Virus record (IMG/VR): IMGVR_UViG_3300050821_003995
Coordinates: 31,022-95,021 of that record
Direction: 5' to 3' (one strand)
Origin: a virus
Length of the DNA stretch: 64,000 nt
Positions 37,399-47,443 of the stretch are shown here, in pieces. The notes under the pieces were generated by a model. It was given only the letters and a program-made list of their open reading frames with translations, made no database searches and was not told the origin of the DNA. Numbering within the stretch: position 1 is the stretch's first letter; each line of letters begins with the position of its first letter. The translations under genes and the position numbers were made by a program.

Positions 37399-38338
37399 TC
37401 TCCATGTAAAATACCGTCCAACCACCTTCGACGAAGTGGTGGGGCAGGACGCGGTGGTCAAAAGCCTCAAGCGCGTGATCAAGGACAAACGCGCCCAGGT
37501 ATTCCTCTTCACAGGGCCAGCCGGTACGGGTAAAACCACTCTGGCTCGTATTCTTGGCAATACATTCGCAGGGGGTAAAGCCACCAATGCCAATATTCAG
37601 GAAATACGTGCGGCTGAGAACACTGGTGTTGACGACATGCGTACTGTTATTCAGCATAGCACTTATAGAGCTATTGGTGCTTCGTCGGTCAAATCAATTA
37701 TCGTTGATGAATCTCACCGTTTGTCAGGCAATGCCTGGGATGCACTGCTCAAGGCAGTTGAGGAACCACCCCCACACCTCTATTGGATGTTCTGCTCAAC
37801 CAATCCCGCCAAAATCCCCAAAACAATTATCACCCGTTGCCTGCGCTACGAACTAAAACCCGTCAGTGAAGACGACCTGATGGAACTGATCCTCAGGGTG
37901 GTGGATGCTGAGAAGCTGGACATTGCCGACGAAGTCATTGAGGCCGTGGTTGAAGAAGCCGGTGGGTCACCACGTCAAGCCTTGGTGTTCCTTGAGGCAT
38001 GCTCCTATGCTGAAACGGCCGCTGAGGCACGCGCAGCCATGCGCAGCGCGGCCCAATCCAAAGAAGCCGCTGATTTATGCCGATTTTTGCTGGGACAGCG
38101 TGGGCGCACCTGGGCTGAGGCCATGCGGCTGGTCAAGGCCATGGGTGACGTTGATGCTGAGAGCATCCGCATTGTGGTCATAAATTATCTAAGTGTCGTG
38201 GCCATGGGCACCAAAGGTGACGACAAGGCCCGCGCCGCGCTGAGCATGATCCAAGCGTTTTCACAGACGTATAATTCTAGCGACAAGATGGGGCCACTAT
38301 TGCTGTCAATAGGAATGGCGCTCAACTTGGACAGATGA
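37391..38338 (+). CDS. Clamp loader, DnaX (gamma/tau)-like
   Basis: KYRPTTFDEVVGQ, GPAGTGKTT, VDESH, LLKAVEEPP, TRC, GSPR. Confidence 0.92.
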   Translation: MSSLHVKYRPTTFDEVVGQDAVVKSLKRVIKDKRAQVFLFTGPAGTGKTTLARILGNTFAGGKATNANIQEIRAAENTGVDDMRTVIQHSTYRAIGASSVKSIIVDESHRLSGNAWDALLKAVEEPPPHLYWMFCSTNPAKIPKTIITRCLRYELKPVSEDDLMELILRVVDAEKLDIADEVIEAVVEEAGGSPRQALVFLEACSYAETAAEARAAMRSAAQSKEAADLCRFLLGQRGRTWAEAMRLVKAMGDVDAESIRIVVINYLSVVAMGTKGDDKARAALSMIQAFSQTYNSSDKMGPLLLSIGMALNLDR

Positions 38339-38673
38339 GGAGAATTGGAATGAGTGAACAACTTTACGGGGCGGGGCAAACTGCGAAGCAAGCCAACACG
38401 GCAATAAACCAAAACACAATCGGTTCACATCTTACTGATTTGGATGTTCACAACAAGCGGCTCTACGAACTGATGCAACAATTGATCAGTATCGGCGACC
38501 GGCTACTTGGCGTTCGTCCTGAACCGGTGAAAAAAGCGGGCAACCCGGAACCGCCCTCAGGCAGCCTAACCCTTAGCCTGCAACGCAAAGCACGCGAACA
38601 GTCAATGCTAATTGGGGCTTGTGGTGAATTAGCCACCCGCATTGAAAGTGCGCTCGGCGATAACCGTGGCTGA
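38335..38673 (+). CDS. Hypothetical helical protein
   Basis: Operon packing. Confidence 0.6.
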   Translation: MRRIGMSEQLYGAGQTAKQANTAINQNTIGSHLTDLDVHNKRLYELMQQLISIGDRLLGVRPEPVKKAGNPEPPSGSLTLSLQRKAREQSMLIGACGELATRIESALGDNRG

Positions 38674-39163
38674 TACAGACGAATTCCGGGCGTATTTGGC
38701 TATTGACAAGCACGCGCTGGATCAAGAGCTGCAAGAACAGCCCATGCTGTTCTTCAAAATTAGCGAAGCCTTTGTGCAAGCTGCCGCTGAGCGCGACATG
38801 CTCAAGGAGCAATTGGCCACGGTTGACGCTAGGCTTGACGGTGAGGCACGGCGTATTCTTGACAAGTCAGGTGACAAATACACCGAAGCCATGGTCAAAA
38901 ACGCGGTACAAACCGACAAGAAGCATGAAGCCGGCATGAAGAACTACCTTGCTGCCAAGGAGCAGGCCGACGTACTGGCTGCTCTCAAGGAAGCCTTTCA
39001 CTCTCGCGGGTACATGCTGAAAGATCTTTGCAATCTCTATGTCTCAAATTATTATGATGAAGAATCATTCAAAGATACCAGAACAACAGACTTTGAATAC
39101 AGGAAAAACCGTGACCACATATCGAGAGCGCGTGAAGCGAAGAAGCCCACTGACCGCACTTAA
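38666..39163 (+). CDS. UvsY-like recombination mediator
   Basis: L.ID...L..E...QP.LF, TEAMVK, EAF..RGYMLKDL; near SSB and RecA. Confidence 0.6.
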   Translation: MADTDEFRAYLAIDKHALDQELQEQPMLFFKISEAFVQAAAERDMLKEQLATVDARLDGEARRILDKSGDKYTEAMVKNAVQTDKKHEAGMKNYLAAKEQADVLAALKEAFHSRGYMLKDLCNLYVSNYYDEESFKDTRTTDFEYRKNRDHISRAREAKKPTDRT

Positions 39164-39707
39164 AGCAGCGTTTAGGGCACAACGCAACTCAGCAATTAGG
39201 GAAAGAGGAATTGCATGGGAAATGACATTTGAGGAATGGCTTGATGTTTGGACAAAGTCGGGCAAGCTAGCCCTACGTGGCAAAGGGCGCGGGAAGTATG
39301 TTATGTCACGCCCCAACGATGTGGGTCCTTACAAAGTTGGAAATGTTCGCATAATCCTTGGGACACGAAATGTTCGTGAGGCCCAGTTGGGTAAACCTGA
39401 AAGCCCGGAAGCAATTGAGAAAAATCGTAGAGCCCAAACTGGGAGAAAGCACAGTGCCCGTACTAGAATGCAAATGAGTCGAGCCCAAAAAGGCAAAGTA
39501 TTCTCAGATTTACATAGAGCGCGCATGTGTGATGCTCAACGCAAGCGATTTGCACGTGAGCGTCAAGAGCGAGATTTGTGTTCTCTTTATACCGCAAACT
39601 ACTATGAGGAAGGATCCGTCAAGGCCACCCCTGGGACGGACCGGGCGACGTATAATAAGGGTAGGCAACGCATTGCTGAAGCTAGGGGGCGCCGTGACGA
39701 CGATTGA
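39111..39707 (+). CDS. HNH endonuclease with NUMOD3-like repeats, fused to a duplicated UvsY-like C-terminus
   Basis: RGIAWEMTFEEW..W..RGKGRGKYVMSR.NDVGPY..GNV; GRKHS..TR..MS.AQ.G; tail DLCSLYTANYYEE. Confidence 0.75.
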   Translation: MTTYRERVKRRSPLTALKAAFRAQRNSAIRERGIAWEMTFEEWLDVWTKSGKLALRGKGRGKYVMSRPNDVGPYKVGNVRIILGTRNVREAQLGKPESPEAIEKNRRAQTGRKHSARTRMQMSRAQKGKVFSDLHRARMCDAQRKRFARERQERDLCSLYTANYYEEGSVKATPGTDRATYNKGRQRIAEARGRRDDD

Positions 39708-39858
39708 CCCATGGACGTTACTGGCTTCAGTGCTGATAGGGGCGCTGATCCTTTACGTGGTATGCAAAGCCATCATTGGTACCTATTTCAAGGCCAAAGA
39801 AAGCTTTGTGGATAAAATGGTGAACAAGCTGAAAGGAGCCAGTAATGGCAAAGGGTAG
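39694..39858 (+). CDS. Small membrane protein
   Basis: Single hydrophobic helix. Confidence 0.55.
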   Translation: MTTIDPWTLLASVLIGALILYVVCKAIIGTYFKAKESFVDKMVNKLKGASNGKG

Positions 39859-41032
39859 AGAGCGTGACCGTGACGATGACGACGACCGCAGTGAAAAGCG
39901 GGGTTTCAGGTATGAGAGGCGTTCCCGTGAGGATGTGAAGGCCCGCGCCAACATGCGCGGTGGTGGCTTCGACAGCTTCATCAAACAGGAATTCAAGCGC
40001 TACAAGGTGCGTGACGGCAAGAACCTGGTCCGCATCCTGCCAGCCACTTGGGAAAAAGCCAAGCACTACGGCTACGATATTTGGATCAACTATGGCATCG
40101 GCGCCGACAACCAATCCTACCTGTCACTCAGCAAGATGGACCATGAGGACGCCGACCGCGACCCGCTGGTTGAGGCCCGCCGTGAGGCCCAGCGTGAGGG
40201 TGATGAAAAGGTGGCCAAGGCCCTTGCACCGCGCCAGCGCGTGCTGGTGTGGGTCATAGACCGCAATGAGGAGGACGAAGGCCCGCAGCTTTGGGACATC
40301 CCCTTCAGCGTGGACAAGGACTTCGTCAACCTCTGCCTGGATGAGGACACCAAGGGGGTTAGCTACCCGGACGATCCCAAGAAGGGACATGATATTCGCT
40401 TCTATAAGGAGGGGTCAGGGGTTGGCACCAAGTACCCGGCAGCGCGCATGAAGATCTTGGACGAATCCCCGCTGCATGAAGACCGGGACATTTACGACGA
40501 GTGGATGGGCTACGTCGAGGAAAACCCGGTGCCCGAGTGCCTTCAGTTCTACAGCGCCGATGAAATCCAGGCAGCCTTTGACGGCCACGTGGCCACCCGT
40601 GACGATGACGATGAGGACAAGCCCAAAAAGCGGTCACGGGATGACGATGACGATGATCGCCCCGCCAAGCGCCGGGCACGCGATGATGACGAGGATGAAA
40701 AGCCCCGTCGCAGCCGCAGCCGTGACGATGACGATGACGACAAACCCAAGCGGCGTGAACGGGTCCGTGAAGACGCGGATGATGACGATGACAAACCGCG
40801 CAGCAGCCGCAAGCGTCCGGCTGACGATGACGATGAGCCGGAGGAAAAACCCAAGCGCCGTGAGCGGGTGCGTGAAGATGACGATGACGCGGATGAAAAG
40901 CCGCGCACCAAACGCGCCCGTGAGGATGATGCTGAGAACGATGATGACGCCGAGGAAAAGCCCCGGCAAAGCATCAGGGAGCGCCTTGCGGCACGCAAGA
41001 AAAGCGCCAAACCGGCTGACGACGACGATTGA
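39845..41032 (+). CDS. gp32-like ssDNA-binding protein with long Asp/Arg-Lys repeat tail
   Basis: NLVRILP, VIDR..E..GPQLW, DP..GHDI.F.KEG.G..TKY; DDDDD-KPKRR repeats. Confidence 0.75.
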   Translation: MAKGRERDRDDDDDRSEKRGFRYERRSREDVKARANMRGGGFDSFIKQEFKRYKVRDGKNLVRILPATWEKAKHYGYDIWINYGIGADNQSYLSLSKMDHEDADRDPLVEARREAQREGDEKVAKALAPRQRVLVWVIDRNEEDEGPQLWDIPFSVDKDFVNLCLDEDTKGVSYPDDPKKGHDIRFYKEGSGVGTKYPAARMKILDESPLHEDRDIYDEWMGYVEENPVPECLQFYSADEIQAAFDGHVATRDDDDEDKPKKRSRDDDDDDRPAKRRARDDDEDEKPRRSRSRDDDDDDKPKRRERVREDADDDDDKPRSSRKRPADDDDEPEEKPKRRERVREDDDDADEKPRTKRAREDDAENDDDAEEKPRQSIRERLAARKKSAKPADDDD

Positions 41033-41169
41033 CCGTCAGGCTGAAATGCTCAAACGCGGCGGTATTGATCCAATCCGGATTGACCGTCGCGCTTTGAGTG
41101 AAATACTCAACGACGAAATACCCTACGCACGTTGGGCCAAGGAACAATCACGTCTTGAAAGGGCTGGCT

Positions 41170-41466
41170 ATGCCGGATGGCGAGACTTCCTCAACAAACG
41201 CAAACCCCCCTGGGATTGACGCTGACCTGTATGATACCCACAAGGAGCTGCTTGCCGATTTGTGGAATCTTTGGGGCTTGCACCGCCGCCTGAACGCTGA
41301 CCTTAGAAAAATGGATCAGGAACGCTTCTCACGTATTTCAATAGTCTCATGTACTCACCTTGCTGCTGTGACCGCCGTGGACGTGAGCATGAGTGAGGAA
41401 CAGTTCCTGAATACCTGCAAAGCCAATTACCGGGCAGCGGTACAGCACGCACCGCGATGGGGATGA
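41170..41466 (+). CDS. Hypothetical protein
   Basis: Operon packing. Confidence 0.55.
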   Translation: MPDGETSSTNANPPGIDADLYDTHKELLADLWNLWGLHRRLNADLRKMDQERFSRISIVSCTHLAAVTAVDVSMSEEQFLNTCKANYRAAVQHAPRWG

Positions 41467-41467
41467 A

Positions 41468-42487
41468 ATGTCAAAACGTGAGCGGGTCACCGAAGCCAAA
41501 TCCTCATACTTCGCGGAGGATAAAGCCAACTACAGCTTCGTCTCGTCGGGGTGCACTTTACTGGATTGTGCCCTCGGTGGCGGCTATCCACTGGGGCGCA
41601 TCGTCAACATTGTGGGTGACAAAAGCACAGCTAAGACGGCTTTGGCCACGGAAGCCCTCATAAACTTTATCAGCCGGTACCCTGACGGCGTGCCCGCCTA
41701 CCGTGACACTGAGTCGGCCTTTGACCAAGCCTACGCTGAAGCCATGGGGCTGAAGCTGGACAAGGTTGATTTTGGCTCAGATGATCCACTGGTGACGGTT
41801 GAAGCCTTCACCCGTGATTTTGACAAATTTCTTGACACACGAATTGACACCGAAACACCCGGCGTTTACGTGGTGGACAGCCTTGACGCCCTTTCAGACG
41901 AAGGTGAAATGGAACAGGATATTGGCAAAGGCACCTATGGCACCGCCAAGGCCAAGCTCCTGAGCATATTCTTCAGAACCACCGCGCACCGTATTCAGGA
42001 GAGCCGGGTATTGCTGTTGGTGATCTCACAGGTGCGCGACAACATTGGGGCCATGTTTGGTGAGAAGCACAAACGGTCGGGTGGCCGGGCGCTGGACTTC
42101 TATGCCTCACAGGCGCTGTGGCTGGCCCATATGGGTGAACTAAAGCGCGAAGTCAGCAAAGTGAAGCGTGCCTATGGGGTTGAGATCAAGGCCAAGGTAC
42201 GCAAGAATAAAATAAGCCTCCCCCTAAGAGAAGCCCGGTTTAATTTCGTATTTGGATATGGAGTTGAAGATTTAGGGGCTAGCATTGATTGGCTTAAAGA
42301 ACTTGGGCGTCTAAAAGACGCCGATATATCACCTACTCAATTAAAAGATTATATTAAGGAAATAGACACATTGACTGATAAAGAGTATAGTGCCGAAAAT
42401 AACAGGATAGCAAAGGTGGTACGCCAAATATGGCGCGAAGTTGAGATTTCTTTTTTACCGAAACGACAGAAATACCCCAATGATTAA
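41468..42487 (+). CDS. recA: RecA/UvsX recombinase
   Basis: LD.ALGGGYPLGRIV, GDKSTAKT, VVDS, SQVRD.IG.MFG, GGRAL.FYAS, KNK. Confidence 0.92.
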   Translation: MSKRERVTEAKSSYFAEDKANYSFVSSGCTLLDCALGGGYPLGRIVNIVGDKSTAKTALATEALINFISRYPDGVPAYRDTESAFDQAYAEAMGLKLDKVDFGSDDPLVTVEAFTRDFDKFLDTRIDTETPGVYVVDSLDALSDEGEMEQDIGKGTYGTAKAKLLSIFFRTTAHRIQESRVLLLVISQVRDNIGAMFGEKHKRSGGRALDFYASQALWLAHMGELKREVSKVKRAYGVEIKAKVRKNKISLPLREARFNFVFGYGVEDLGASIDWLKELGRLKDADISPTQLKDYIKEIDTLTDKEYSAENNRIAKVVRQIWREVEISFLPKRQKYPND

Positions 42488-43052
42488 AAAGCCAACAACA
42501 TTAAGGTGCCCCACTTGTAATTGTTTAAGAAAAGTGCCTGACTATTGGGGAAGAACCGCAGATAAGATGCGCCTTAAAATTATGAACAGGCAGTGTAAAA
42601 AGTGTGGCACTGGTAGGAAAAAGTCACATGGGCTAGGGCAGCATCCAATTTATATGGTTTGGTATAACATGATGGTCAGATGTGGGCATAAGGATGCCTA
42701 TGTTCGAGAAACTGTCATCAAAAATTACAGGGATAAAGGGATAATTGTTTGTAAACAATGGAGACGATTAGAAACATTCTCTCAATGGGCATTTGAAAAT
42801 GGTTATAGGGAAGGCTTATATTTAGACAGAAAAAGTAACAGCAAAAATTACTGCCCAAACAATTGCAGATGGGTAACATCAACCATATCAGGCCAACACA
42901 GAGCCAAGGTCAAACTAAGCCTATCAAAGGCCAGAAAGATACGAACCTTACATAATAAGGGCATCGGCTTTGGTGAATTAGCAAAACAGTTTATGGTACA
43001 TCAAACCACAATTAAGCGAATATGCCAAAATGAAACATGGAAAAACTGCTAG
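42480..43052 (+). CDS. HNH homing endonuclease with C-terminal HTH
   Basis: WYNM..RC, Y..KGI.VC..W, LDR...Y.P.NCRWVT; AT-rich. Confidence 0.85.
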   Translation: MIKKPTTLRCPTCNCLRKVPDYWGRTADKMRLKIMNRQCKKCGTGRKKSHGLGQHPIYMVWYNMMVRCGHKDAYVRETVIKNYRDKGIIVCKQWRRLETFSQWAFENGYREGLYLDRKSNSKNYCPNNCRWVTSTISGQHRAKVKLSLSKARKIRTLHNKGIGFGELAKQFMVHQTTIKRICQNETWKNC

Positions 43053-43221
43053 TGGAGCCAAATATGCCCAAAGATGAAGCCAAGCACGCCTATGAGATCA
43101 CGACGGCAATCGTCAACTACATCAACATCAACAATGATGTTTTTCGCACTGACCGGGTGACGGCGCTTGCGGAAGCCAAAGCCACCCTGACTGAAAAGCT
43201 GGAAGCAGCGCTGAAGCGTCC

Positions 43222-43725
43222 ATGAGGGCTGGCGGGGGCAAGAGCAAGGGAGCGAGTTTTGAGAGGCACGTTTGTGTGCAGCTCTCATTGTGGATGAGCA
43301 AAGGTGCAGCCGAAGATCTATACTGGCGTTCGAGTATGAGTGGAGGGAGATCAACCGTAGCGGCACGCAAAGGCAAACGGCTGGCAGCACAAGCCGGTGA
43401 CATTTCCTGCATCCACCCCACCGGGGCACCCCTCACCAAACACTACTATATCGAATGCAAGTCATATCGTGACTTAAACTTCGTGGGCTTGCTAACTGGC
43501 AAAGGCAAGCTGATTGAGTTTTGGAATGAGACACGGTCACAGGCCAAGCATTATGACAAACGCCCGTTACTCATTGCCAAACAAAACCAGCAGCCCATCA
43601 TTGTGTGTCTGGACCGTGACGGCTTGGCCGATCTGTGCTTACATGCACACCTGAGCGCCCCTAGCTGGCAACTTCGCGTGGTGCTCTTTGATACCTTTGT
43701 GACAAATGCCGTGAGGCCGGTATGA
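43222..43725 (+). CDS. Holliday junction resolvase (PD-(D/E)XK)
   Basis: KGASFER, GDI, IECK. Confidence 0.8.
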   Translation: MRAGGGKSKGASFERHVCVQLSLWMSKGAAEDLYWRSSMSGGRSTVAARKGKRLAAQAGDISCIHPTGAPLTKHYYIECKSYRDLNFVGLLTGKGKLIEFWNETRSQAKHYDKRPLLIAKQNQQPIIVCLDRDGLADLCLHAHLSAPSWQLRVVLFDTFVTNAVRPV

Positions 43726-44108
43726 CGTGGAATTTGGGTGATTACACCTGGACTAATTTTGAGAAGACCAAAAACGGCCGATTGAGCATCGGCGGTACCC
43801 AGTTTTATATGCGTGTGGGGCTGTTCATGGGGCGCCCAACTCAAGTGATCCAAACGCATGGTGAGTTCGTCAAGATGCGTTTAGTCAAGGGCTACCCTAA
43901 GGGAAATCTTCAGGTTTTAGACCCGACCAATAACAAAGCTTGTCTTTATCATGCCGAAGGATGGGGCACCTTTCAATGGAAACCCCCGACTGGATTTGTG
44001 AACTTAAATGAACTCGTCAAGACCACCCTGCGCAACTGCACGGGTGAGTTGGCAAAGAATATTCAACGTAATAATGCCCTGCTGAAGAAGCTGAGTGCAC
44101 GTCCATGA
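43722..44108 (+). CDS. Hypothetical, distant LRxMLxGxxW family member
   Basis: FYMRVGLFMGRP..FVKM...LQVLDP. Confidence 0.6.
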   Translation: MTWNLGDYTWTNFEKTKNGRLSIGGTQFYMRVGLFMGRPTQVIQTHGEFVKMRLVKGYPKGNLQVLDPTNNKACLYHAEGWGTFQWKPPTGFVNLNELVKTTLRNCTGELAKNIQRNNALLKKLSARP

Positions 44109-44746
44109 CCGTGATCGTAGCCCCCACTGAACCACTGACAATGCACACGTCAGATGACGTGATTAGTGCCTATCTCAGTGACTTGTTGGGCACACTGTCC
44201 TTTGAGTCGTTTGAAGCGGCTGAAAACGCCACCATCACATTGATGAAAACCAAGTTCTACTTGCGCATCGGTGTATTCCTTGGTGTACCTTCAAAAGCTA
44301 TCATCGCCGAACAGCAGTTCGTGAAGATGCAGCACTGTGATGGCTACGACAAAGCCGATTTGAAAGTGCTTGACCCCAAAGACCCCAATACATGCCTTTA
44401 TGGGGATGGTACCGATTGGGGGCACTGGCGGCCGCCGTACAGGGCACCGGCTGGCTATGCAGGGCTACAACAATTTGGATCAACTTACGCACAAAACTCA
44501 CTGATGGCACAACAAGGGATCTCTGGTTTGCAACAGCTTCAAGGGCAGTCATTTGGTGGGCCAAATCCAGCTTGGCCCGCACATAAAGCATGGTACCAAA
44601 ATCAGGCAAAGCTTCTTAAGGCCCAGGCTCAAGCCCAGATGTATTCTGCTCAACCAAGCAAACTTGGTGTTGGGGTTCCTCAGCAATCACCCCCAATCCA
44701 AAAGCCAAGTGCTTGGCAGACCTTATTTGGAAAATCGGCCATATGA
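44105..44746 (+). CDS. Hypothetical paralogue of 43722 with Gln-rich tail
   Basis: FYLRIGVFLGVP..FVKM...LKVLDP..CLY. Confidence 0.65.
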   Translation: MTVIVAPTEPLTMHTSDDVISAYLSDLLGTLSFESFEAAENATITLMKTKFYLRIGVFLGVPSKAIIAEQQFVKMQHCDGYDKADLKVLDPKDPNTCLYGDGTDWGHWRPPYRAPAGYAGLQQFGSTYAQNSLMAQQGISGLQQLQGQSFGGPNPAWPAHKAWYQNQAKLLKAQAQAQMYSAQPSKLGVGVPQQSPPIQKPSAWQTLFGKSAI

Positions 44747-45738
44747 ACTCGTTGATAACTACTGACCTTCACCTTTCTGACCGTGCGCGTGACAAGCACC
44801 GTTTTGGGCTATTCAGGTGGCTTGCACGTCAACAGGAAAAATATGACGTTGAGGCCACCTACATTTTAGGTGATTTAACGGAGAACAAGGATCGGCACTC
44901 CTCATTGTTGGTCAACCGGATTGTTGAGGAGCTTTTCAAGCTGAAACCCCCTGTTTTCGTTCTAAGGGGCAATCACGATGGGCTTGACCCCAACAGCCCG
45001 TATTTCAAGTTCCTGAACTGTATCGAAGGGCTTCAGTTTGTGGTGGACCCATGCTTCAACAAGGCCCTGAGTGTGGCTTTTGTGCCACACTGCGCAGATC
45101 AGGTGACTTTCAACCGGGCTTGCAAGCAAATGCCCCCCAAACCGGCCCTGTTCCTGACCCACGCCACATTTACCGGCGCCAAGGCTGAAACCGGTACCGC
45201 TTTGTCGGGCCTCAGCGCGTCACCCATTGAGTTGTTGCAGCCCGGTAGGGTGTACAGCGGTGACGTGCATGTGCCGCAGCGGTGTGGCCCTGTGACCTAC
45301 GTGGGGGCACCCTTTCATGTGAAGTTTGGTGACCGCTTCACCCCCAGGGTGCTATTGCTCAAGGGTGACCGGGAAACTGACCTGCATTTTGACTGTCCCC
45401 GCAAGCTGACACTGACAGTACGCGACGTGGATGATATCCTCAACAACAAAGAATTGAAGGTTGGGGATCAGGTCAAATTGGTGATTGAAATGGCGCGTGA
45501 GGAAGCCGTTGAATGGCAAGCCACCAAACAACGTATTCTTGCCGCTTGTCGTGAGGGTGGTTTGGAAGTATTTGGAGCCGAACTCAAAATCAACACCACC
45601 GCACGACGTGAGCGCGTCAAACTGAATGAGGGCTCCGTGAAATCACCGCTCGAAGTAATGACTGCCTTCTGCAAAGCTGAAGGTATAGCGTCTGTTATCA
45701 AAGCAGCAGGCTTGGAACTGTTGACAGTTGGGAAGTAA
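44743..45738 (+). CDS. SbcD/Mre11-like metallophosphoesterase nuclease
   Basis: TDLH, LGD, GNHD, TH, GDVH. Confidence 0.88.
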   Translation: MNSLITTDLHLSDRARDKHRFGLFRWLARQQEKYDVEATYILGDLTENKDRHSSLLVNRIVEELFKLKPPVFVLRGNHDGLDPNSPYFKFLNCIEGLQFVVDPCFNKALSVAFVPHCADQVTFNRACKQMPPKPALFLTHATFTGAKAETGTALSGLSASPIELLQPGRVYSGDVHVPQRCGPVTYVGAPFHVKFGDRFTPRVLLLKGDRETDLHFDCPRKLTLTVRDVDDILNNKELKVGDQVKLVIEMAREEAVEWQATKQRILAACREGGLEVFGAELKINTTARRERVKLNEGSVKSPLEVMTAFCKAEGIASVIKAAGLELLTVGK

Positions 45739-45752
45739 CACGGGGTTAGTGG

Positions 45753-46372
45753 ATGACTAGTAAGGCGACCAAGTGGAACCGAAAGAAGTTGGCGGCCTAT
45801 GATGTGCGCCACCATGTGCCGCCGCATGTCATAGAGATTATCAACACTCCGCATGACCACGAGGGCGACAAGAATGAGCCAATCTGGATCATCTGGAAGC
45901 ATCAAGTCGGCTTCCCTCCCGTCATCGACACTCTGTGTGATACAGCCGACAGCGCCGTGTATCACTATGGGATGCTCGCCGGGGAAATCGCGCAAACTAG
46001 GCGAATGAATTTGAGCGCACACGTCGAGCGAGTGCCTGCAAACCATCGCTTTGCGTCAAGCCTAAATGACGTGTTCGCCGATAAGACTTTCACAACGATG
46101 AAACAGAAAACGGCCAGAAATGCTTTCCGCTATGCGCGCGAAGGCGATTAACAGGACGTTAATTGGGAACTCAAATGTCGGCGCAGATAGTTCCATTTCC
46201 GCAGCAACCGAAAGAGCCGGACGTCAAAACGATTCACGCTTGCTTCGAACGACTGGCAAACGGCTGGCCGTGCCCGATGCCTGCCACGAAGAAAATAAAA
46301 CTGATTGATGTAGATAGTGGGATGCCGGCCGGATCGAAGTGGTACTGTCACAAGCATTTTTTCCAAAGTTAA
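45753..46372 (+). other. Two small hypothetical genes (45753-46151, 46175-46372), apparently acquired
   Basis: Inserted between SbcD and SbcC; junction sequences shared with the 24-26 kb block. Confidence 0.6.
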
Positions 46373-46396
46373 CCGCCGATTAACCGGGCACTGTAA

Positions 46397-47443
46397 ATGC
46401 TGAACCTGCCATTGCTTGAAGAACTTAAAGCCCTAAAGAAAGACATTGATGGCCCCTATGCCGTCACGAGAAAAGACAAATTAGCCTATTCGGCAGTGCT
46501 GGCACGGGTTATCCAAAACCTAAGCAATGCCCCACCCTTGCGTTTTGTGGTATCTATCCCCTATTGGGGGCCTTGGCATTCTCACACTTGCCGAAACGTC
46601 ACCATCCCGTCAGTGTTGGCCGCGATCAATTATGCTCACGCCGAAGACAGGGTTCGGTTTGTCATTCACACCATCAGCCCCGATGCCACGAAAGGTTTGC
46701 TGAAAGGCTTCGAAGCAGAATACCTGCCGTTGCCGCCGCATGCCAATCAATGGGTACAATTCTCCATGGGGCACAAAGACACCTTGGCACGGGCCAAGGC
46801 CGGTGAATGCCCCTGCCTCTTGTGTGCTGATAATTTGGTCTCACGTGAGTTCTTCACATTCACCGAGTGGGCCGTCGCTACCGGCTACAAAACCATTGCG
46901 GCACTTGGCCCCCGCGTCACGGCCGATCCAACAAAAGTGCCTATAGGTTCTGAGGCAAGCCAACTGGCAAGCTGGGCCACGGAACACCCGCATCCGTGGA
47001 CCAAAAGCCTTTTCTACAACACAGGTAATTCCAATTGTCCTTCTGTGGTGTACTTCCAGGGCACCCAAGGCATAAGTGCCCATGCGTTTCACCTGCACCC
47101 GGTTATGATGCTTAAAGATAGAAATCTCACATTTGAAGGTGATGCCATCGACTACGACCTGCTCAATTCGTTCAAATCAGATGAAATCTATGTGGTGGCC
47201 AACAATGAAATTTTCCTATGTGACGTAACCCAACCGGATCGGGTACACGGCACCGCCAGCCCACTTAATGATACTGAGATCATCCAATGGGCCAAAAACC
47301 CACACAGTGTAACACCCTTGCACCGCTGGAATTTCAAGCACAGAATCACCCTCACAGGTCAGGGTGCCAACAGCCAACTGATAGCAAATCATATTCTTAA
47401 AAACTTGGAGGAGAACGATGGGACTAGGCCCGGCAGCACGTGA
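46397..47443 (+). CDS. Hypothetical glycosyltransferase-like protein
   Basis: WG..H...T.PS.LA, F.IHT, ADxxxS, HLHP; paired with a methyltransferase. Confidence 0.4.
   Translation: MLNLPLLEELKALKKDIDGPYAVTRKDKLAYSAVLARVIQNLSNAPPLRFVVSIPYWGPWHSHTCRNVTIPSVLAAINYAHAEDRVRFVIHTISPDATKGLLKGFEAEYLPLPPHANQWVQFSMGHKDTLARAKAGECPCLLCADNLVSREFFTFTEWAVATGYKTIAALGPRVTADPTKVPIGSEASQLASWATEHPHPWTKSLFYNTGNSNCPSVVYFQGTQGISAHAFHLHPVMMLKDRNLTFEGDAIDYDLLNSFKSDEIYVVANNEIFLCDVTQPDRVHGTASPLNDTEIIQWAKNPHSVTPLHRWNFKHRITLTGQGANSQLIANHILKNLEENDGTRPGST

Noticed and set aside
39020-39575. Group I intron in the UvsY-like gene
   Set aside because: Insert is almost entirely coding, no intron core seen, and the upstream gene already has a complete substitute C-terminus
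40590-41030. CRISPR-like repeat array
   Set aside because: Repeats are degenerate codon repeats (GAY GAY) within a CDS with no constant repeat-spacer period
40476-41219. Long alternative-frame and antisense ORFs over the SSB tail (and 12514-13261 over the H1-like gene)
   Set aside because: Shadow ORFs produced by low-complexity repeats lacking stop codons
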